Origin: Macrostomum hystrix
Taxonomy: Eukaryota; Animalia; Platyhelminthes
DNA length: 64,000 nucleotides
Direction of reading: 5' to 3'
Assembly (NCBI GenBank): GCA_950097015.1
Contig: CATNEN010000038.1
Span: 3,596,001 to 3,660,000, forward strand
Within the stretch, counting starts at the first letter, position 1; each line of letters begins with the position of its first letter. Made by a program: the position numbers and the translations under genes. Under the pieces are notes generated by a model. It made no database searches and was not told where the DNA came from. It saw only the letters and a list, made by a program, of their open reading frames with translations. Positions 58,985 to 64,000 of this stretch are shown here, one piece after another.

Positions 58985-60505
58985 CCCGGATCACTCTCCC
59001 AGTCTCTGTTCACTGCGGGATCACTCTCCCAGTCTCTGTTCACTGCGGGATCACTCTCCCAGTCTCTGTTCACTGCGGGATCACTCTCCCAGTCTCTGTT
59101 CACTCCCGGATCACTCTCCCAGTCTCTGTTCACTGCGGGATCACTCTCCCAGTCTCTGTTCACTGCGGGATCACTCTCCCAGTCTCTGTTCACTGCGGGA
59201 TCACTCTCCCAGTCTCTGTTCACTGCGGGATCACTCTCCCAGTCTCTGTTCACTGCGGGATCACTCTCCCAGTCTCTGTTCACTACGGGATCACTCTCCC
59301 AGTCTCTGTTCGCTCCGGGATCACTCTCCCAGTCTGTTCGCTCCAGGATCACTCTCCCAGTCTCTGTTCACTGCGGGATCACTCTCCCAGTCTCTGTTCA
59401 CTGCGGGATCACTCTCCCAGTCTCTGTTCTCTGCGGGATCACTCTCCCAGTCTCTGTTCACTGCGGGATCACTCTCCCAGTCTCTGTTCACTGCGGGATC
59501 ACTCTCCCAGTCACTGTTCACTACGGGATCACTCTCCCAGTCACTCTTCACTACGGGATCACTCTCCCAGTCTCTGTTCACTCCTGGATCACTCTCCCAG
59601 TCACTGTTCACTCCCGGATCACTCTCCCAGTCTCTGTTCACTCCCGGATCACTCTCCCAGTCTCTGTTCACTCCCGGATCACTCTCCCAGCCACTGTTCA
59701 CTCCCGGATCACTCTCCCAGTCTCTGTTCACTCCCGGATCACTCTCCCAGTCACTGTTCACTACGGGATCACTCTCCCAGTCTCTGTTCACTCCCGGATC
59801 ACTCTCCCAGTCTCTGTTCACTCCCGGATCACTCTCCCAGCCACTGTTCACTCCCGGATCACTCTCCCAGTCTCTGTTCACTCCCGGATCACTCTCCCAG
59901 TCTCTGTTCACTGCGGGATCACTCTCCCAGTCTCTGTTCACTGCGGGATCACTCTCCCAGTCTCTGTTCTCTGCGGGATCACTCTCCCAGTCTCTGTTCA
60001 CTGCGGGATCACTCTCCCAGTCTCTGTTCACTCCCGGATCACTCTCCCAGTCTCTGTTCACTCCCGGATCACTCTCCCAGTCACTGTTCACTACGGGATC
60101 ACTCTCCCAGTCTCTGTTCACTCCTGGATCACTCTCCCAGTCTCTGTTCACTCCGGGATCACTCTCCCAGTCTCTGTTCACTCCCGGATCACTCTCCCAG
60201 CCACTGTTCACTCCCGGATCACTCTCCCAGTCTCTGTTCACTCCCGGATCACTCTCCCAGTCTCTGTTCACTGCGAGATCACTCTCCCAGTCACTGTTCA
60301 CTACGGGATCACTCTCCGAGTCTCTGTTCGCTCCGGGATCACTCCCCCAGTCTCTGTTCACTCCGGGATCACTCTCCCAGTCTCTGTTCACTGCGGGATC
60401 ACTCTCCCAGTCTCTGTTCACTACGGGATCACTCTCCCAGTCTCTTTTCGCTCCGGGATCACTCTCCCAGTCTCTGTTCACTCCTGGATTACTCTCCCAG
60501 TGACT
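58985..60505. repeat. 30-bp minisatellite (~50 copies)
   Basis: ggatcactctcccagtctctgttcactgcg in tandem. Confidence 0.97.
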
Positions 60506-60678
60506 GTTTTCGAAAACGTTTTCCAGTTTTGTTTCAGGAAAACTTAGGTAAATAACTGAGTATTTAGATAAATGGTTAGTTATTCCGTAAGAAAAGACAA
60601 CACTTTAAAATGCGTGTAAGAAAAGCACAATATATTTATTCTACACAAGCATCCTCATAAACTGAACTAAACTTAATG

Positions 60679-60826
60679 AGTCAGTAGGTCAGTGTGTCAG
60701 TGAGCAGGTGGGTCAGTGGGTCAGTGGGTCAGTGAGCAGGTGGGTCAGTGGGTCAGTGAGTAGGTGGGTCAGTGGGTCAGTGATTCAGTCGGTCAATGAG
60801 TCATTGATTCAATGAGTCAGTGAGTC
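60679..60826. repeat. Degenerate (gtgggtca/gtgagtca) short repeat
   Basis: Visible tandem repeat. Confidence 0.8.
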
Positions 60827-60836
60827 AAGTACTGAC

Positions 60837-61305
60837 CGCTGCCACCCAGTGGGCCGCAACTGGCTGAGATGGGACTTCGGCAGCTTTTTTCCTACCGGCG
60901 TGCGACTCGTAGAGTGTCCACCTGTGGCTCAGGGCGGGTGGCACTGAGCTGCCCGTGAGCTGCAGGTCCAGCCTGTCTATGGTCCAACTGATCTCTGCTG
61001 GGTTGCTCTCATTAAATAATGTCCCAGACGGCGTCGTCGGTTGTGGCGCCAGAATGCTCAGCGCCTGAGTAGCGGCGTCTTCAGTGCCAACCTGCAGCCT
61101 GGGTGCGCACTGGGCACTGGCCCACACGTACAGCAGGCCGCTATTCTTGGTGCCCTTAAGCTCGCACTTGACTCGCAGGCCGGCTGCTGACCCACCCACC
61201 TGGCCAGCCTGACTCAGATCCGTGAACCTCTCCGGGTCGCGACTAGTCACCAGTTTTGTGAGCTTGACTCTCTTGCCCAGTATCTGTTGCATCTGCGGAT
61301 AATCC
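60837..61305 (-). CDS. Probable internal coding exon of an unidentified gene
   Basis: GC-rich open frame of ~155 codons, bounded by ctgcag| and |gtcagt on the minus strand. No recognisable domain. Confidence 0.4.
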
Positions 61306-61639
61306 TGCAGCAGCTGCAGTGCCGCCAGGCAGTAGTCCGCCTGCAGTGACTTGTCTGCGAGTCAAATACAGCGGCAAATAATATAAGTAGTATAGAATAG
61401 TAGTATTGGACAGCGGGAATGCCAAGCCGGAATGGCCAATTGAATTAAGTTCTATGGCCGAGAGTTTGAATGGGTAGGAGAATGAAAGCCATAGACTATG
61501 CAAGTTTATATACGATTTTGATTTATTGGCGATTTATTGGCAATTTTGAAAACATGTACACGTTCACCGCCTTTGGCCAACGTTTGAATAAGATGGCAGG
61601 TTAGAGCTCTATAGGATTGGATTGGATACCCAATCCTAA

Positions 61640-61986
61640 TGCTGAAGGGGTTCATTGGCTTACTGCTGAACGGGTTCATTGGCTTACTGCTGAAGGGGTG
61701 CATTGGCTTACTGCTAAAGGGGTTCATTGGCTTACTGCTGAAGGGGTTTATTGGCCTACTGCTGAAGGGGTTCATTGGCCTACTGCTGAAGGGGTTCATT
61801 GGCTTACTGCTAAAGGGGTTCATTGGCTTACTGCTGAAGGGGTTTATTGGCCTACTGCTGAAGGGGTTCATTGGCTTACTGCTGAAGGGGTTCATTGGCC
61901 TACTGCTGAAGGGGTTCATTGGCTTACTGCTGAAGGGGTTCATTGGCTTACTGCTGAAGGTGTTCATTGGCTTACTGCTGAAGGGG
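61640..61986. repeat. 24-bp minisatellite
   Basis: gctgaaggggttcattggcttact in tandem. Confidence 0.95.
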
Positions 61987-63274
61987 AGCTGTCAGTTATA
62001 TGGGTCATTGGTTTTCTGCTGCTTGGGGACATTTGTGCCTTATTGCTCGAGAGACATTGTTTAAATGATTGATGTGTAGTAATATTGTTTTAAGCACTTG
62101 AAGTACGAGAAATCTGCGATCAAACTCTGAACCCCCACTGCATTTCCTGCATTCTCCAAGGAGGAGCAGTCAAGAGCCATAATGCTATTCCTCTTTCGCC
62201 GAGGCTCTAGCGCCAGTGAAGCTGCTGCTGAGATGAAGACCGTACTGCACGATGAAGCTCCATCCCTCAGCACTGTGCACAAGTGGTTTGGCCGCTTCAG
62301 AGCCGTCCATTTCGATTTGGTTGACGAGCCAAGAGAAGGTCGTCCAAGAACATCAACGGACTCCTTGAATGTGGCTGCTGTGCAGTCTGCTCTGAACAAC
62401 GATGCAAGACTGACCATCAAGAGGATGGAGGAGAGTCTAGGCACTGATGCTACATCGATCTGGAGGATTCTGCACGAAGAAAGCTGCCAAATGGGTGCCA
62501 CGAATCCTCTCGCCAGAACAGAAGCAGCAGAGGATCGAATTCTGCAGGAATTTCCTCGAACAATTCAAAGATGGAGAATCAGCGAACTTCCAGAACATCG
62601 TCACAGGTGATGAAGCCTGGTTCCATCAGTACGACCCGTCAACTAAATCACAGTCGATGGTTTAGTCTCTGAAAGGAGCCCCATCTCCCCAAAAGGCGAA
62701 GCGGGTGAGGTCAGCTGGGAAAATCATGTTCGCGATTTTCTTCTCTCCCAGAGGCATTGTGGCCTCGGTGCCAGTTGAGCAAGGCCGCACTGTGACCTCT
62801 GATTGGTACGTACGTGACCAACTGCTTGCCCGCTGTGTTCAATTCCATCGCAGCTGGTCGCGGCAAAGCGGAGCTACGCCGCCACTTCCTGCATCACGAC
62901 AACGCACCTGCGCACACAGCACACAACACAGTGCAGTACATTCAGGCTTCTGGGATCAAGCTGGTGAGCGCTCCGCCTTATTCACCGGATCTGGCATCGT
63001 GCGATTTCTGGTTATTCCCGAAATTCAAGCAGCCGCTGCATGGAAAGTTGTTTGAGACTCGTGATGAGTTGATTTCCGCTGTGAATGAGCAGCTCAACTC
63101 CATTGAAAAAGATGATTTTAGGGGTTGCTTTGATAGCTGGCTGCAGCACATGCGAAACCGGTGGCGATTATGTTGAATGATCAGATTGAGATGCTGATTC
63201 ATGTGACGCAACCCGCTTTTTAATATCTGCTTGCTTTCTATCATTTTCTACGAACTTTTGAAGGACCCCTCGTA
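61987..63274 (+). mobile_element. Decayed mariner (DD34D) transposon; right TIR present, left TIR not found
   Basis: Motifs KWVPRIL, IVTGDEAWF, LHHDNAPAH and YSPDLASCDF, with 34 residues between D2 and D3. Frameshifts and an internal stop. The right end is ...aacttttgaaggacccctcg followed by TA. Confidence 0.92.
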
Positions 63275-64000
63275 TATGCATCATTATCTAAAAATCTGAA
63301 TATAGATTATGACAGTCATTATTTTTTCTGTGATGCTTTTTCATTTCTATCTTTCGATCATTTATGGAAATTCTTCATTTCTTTCATTTCTGTATTTTTA
63401 CTGCTTTACTGTTTTTTACATGTAAAAAGTAAATTTACTAATTGCGCCCCCCAGGGGGGCTTAGTATGCCAGTAATTGTCGATTACACAAACAGGCGACA
63501 AGTTAAAATTATAGTCTATGAGCGCGCGAACAAATGTGAAAATATGCAGTTGGTTGCGTCCTATTAATTTGACTCTGATCCTTGTTGTCTCTGTTAGAAT
63601 CTTGAGTTTCTGCTTTTCGTTCCATTTAGGCTGACAACATAGTCTATGGCTTTCATTCTCGGATCCACTGCGACACTGGGCCATAGAATTCAATTCTATG
63701 GGCCGTTCAGGCTTTGCATTCCCGCTTGGCAAGACAAAAACAATGAGAAGTACATGTAGTAGACTCATTACAGTTGTAGACAGTACTTGTAACAACTTAA
63801 GAATCTAAAAGCGTCAGGGACAAGATGCTTATATTCAGAGGTCCTTGGACAAGCCCTTAACGCCGATAGTCAAATGTATTAACAGTAGAACTACCAAGGG
63901 AGGGAATCCCCCTGACCATTTTTGTGCTGCACCCGAACGGAGCAATGCAAGCACGCGAAACTTAAGAACACGGGCCAACTTTTTGTGGCGCATCTTCTGA

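Noticed and set aside
58948-60555. 500-aa repeat ORFs (DHSPSLCSL, ITLPVSVH, RDWESDP)
   Set aside because: A 30-bp minisatellite open in most frames, with an internal 2-bp indel and no unique coding flanks.
62182-63176. Active mariner transposase or SETMAR-like host gene
   Set aside because: It is split over several frames with an internal stop, has no SET domain, and lacks the left TIR.

Overview
Repeat-rich animal genomic DNA with spliceosomal introns. A free-living flatworm such as Macrostomum is my guess from gene style and minisatellite load; this is not verified. (1) Bases 1-19,846 look like one giant Foldback/FB-NOF-like Mutator DNA transposon. Two arrays of the same 170-bp satellite in opposite orientation (at least 33 copies on the left, cut by the window edge; about 53 on the right) enclose a 5.1-kb core. 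The core encodes a MULE-type DDE transposase fused to a Ulp1-type cysteine protease and a PHD finger, split by one frameshift, and is followed by a twister-like ribozyme just before the right arm. (2) A 3-exon Nup62 gene with a GC-AG intron and an intronic tRNA-derived SINE. (3) A minisatellite-rich duplicated region and a 9.3-kb composite satellite. (4) A 3-exon minus-strand gene joining about 15 ankyrin repeats (12 near-identical) to a Mab-21/cGAS-like nucleotidyltransferase with intact-looking catalytic motifs. (5) A decayed LOA-like LINE, a possible P-element fragment, CATAGAC-ended palindromic elements, a secreted WSC+PAN-like gene and a decayed mariner. Most long ORFs in the track are repeat artefacts. 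All family assignments come from motif recognition, not database searches.
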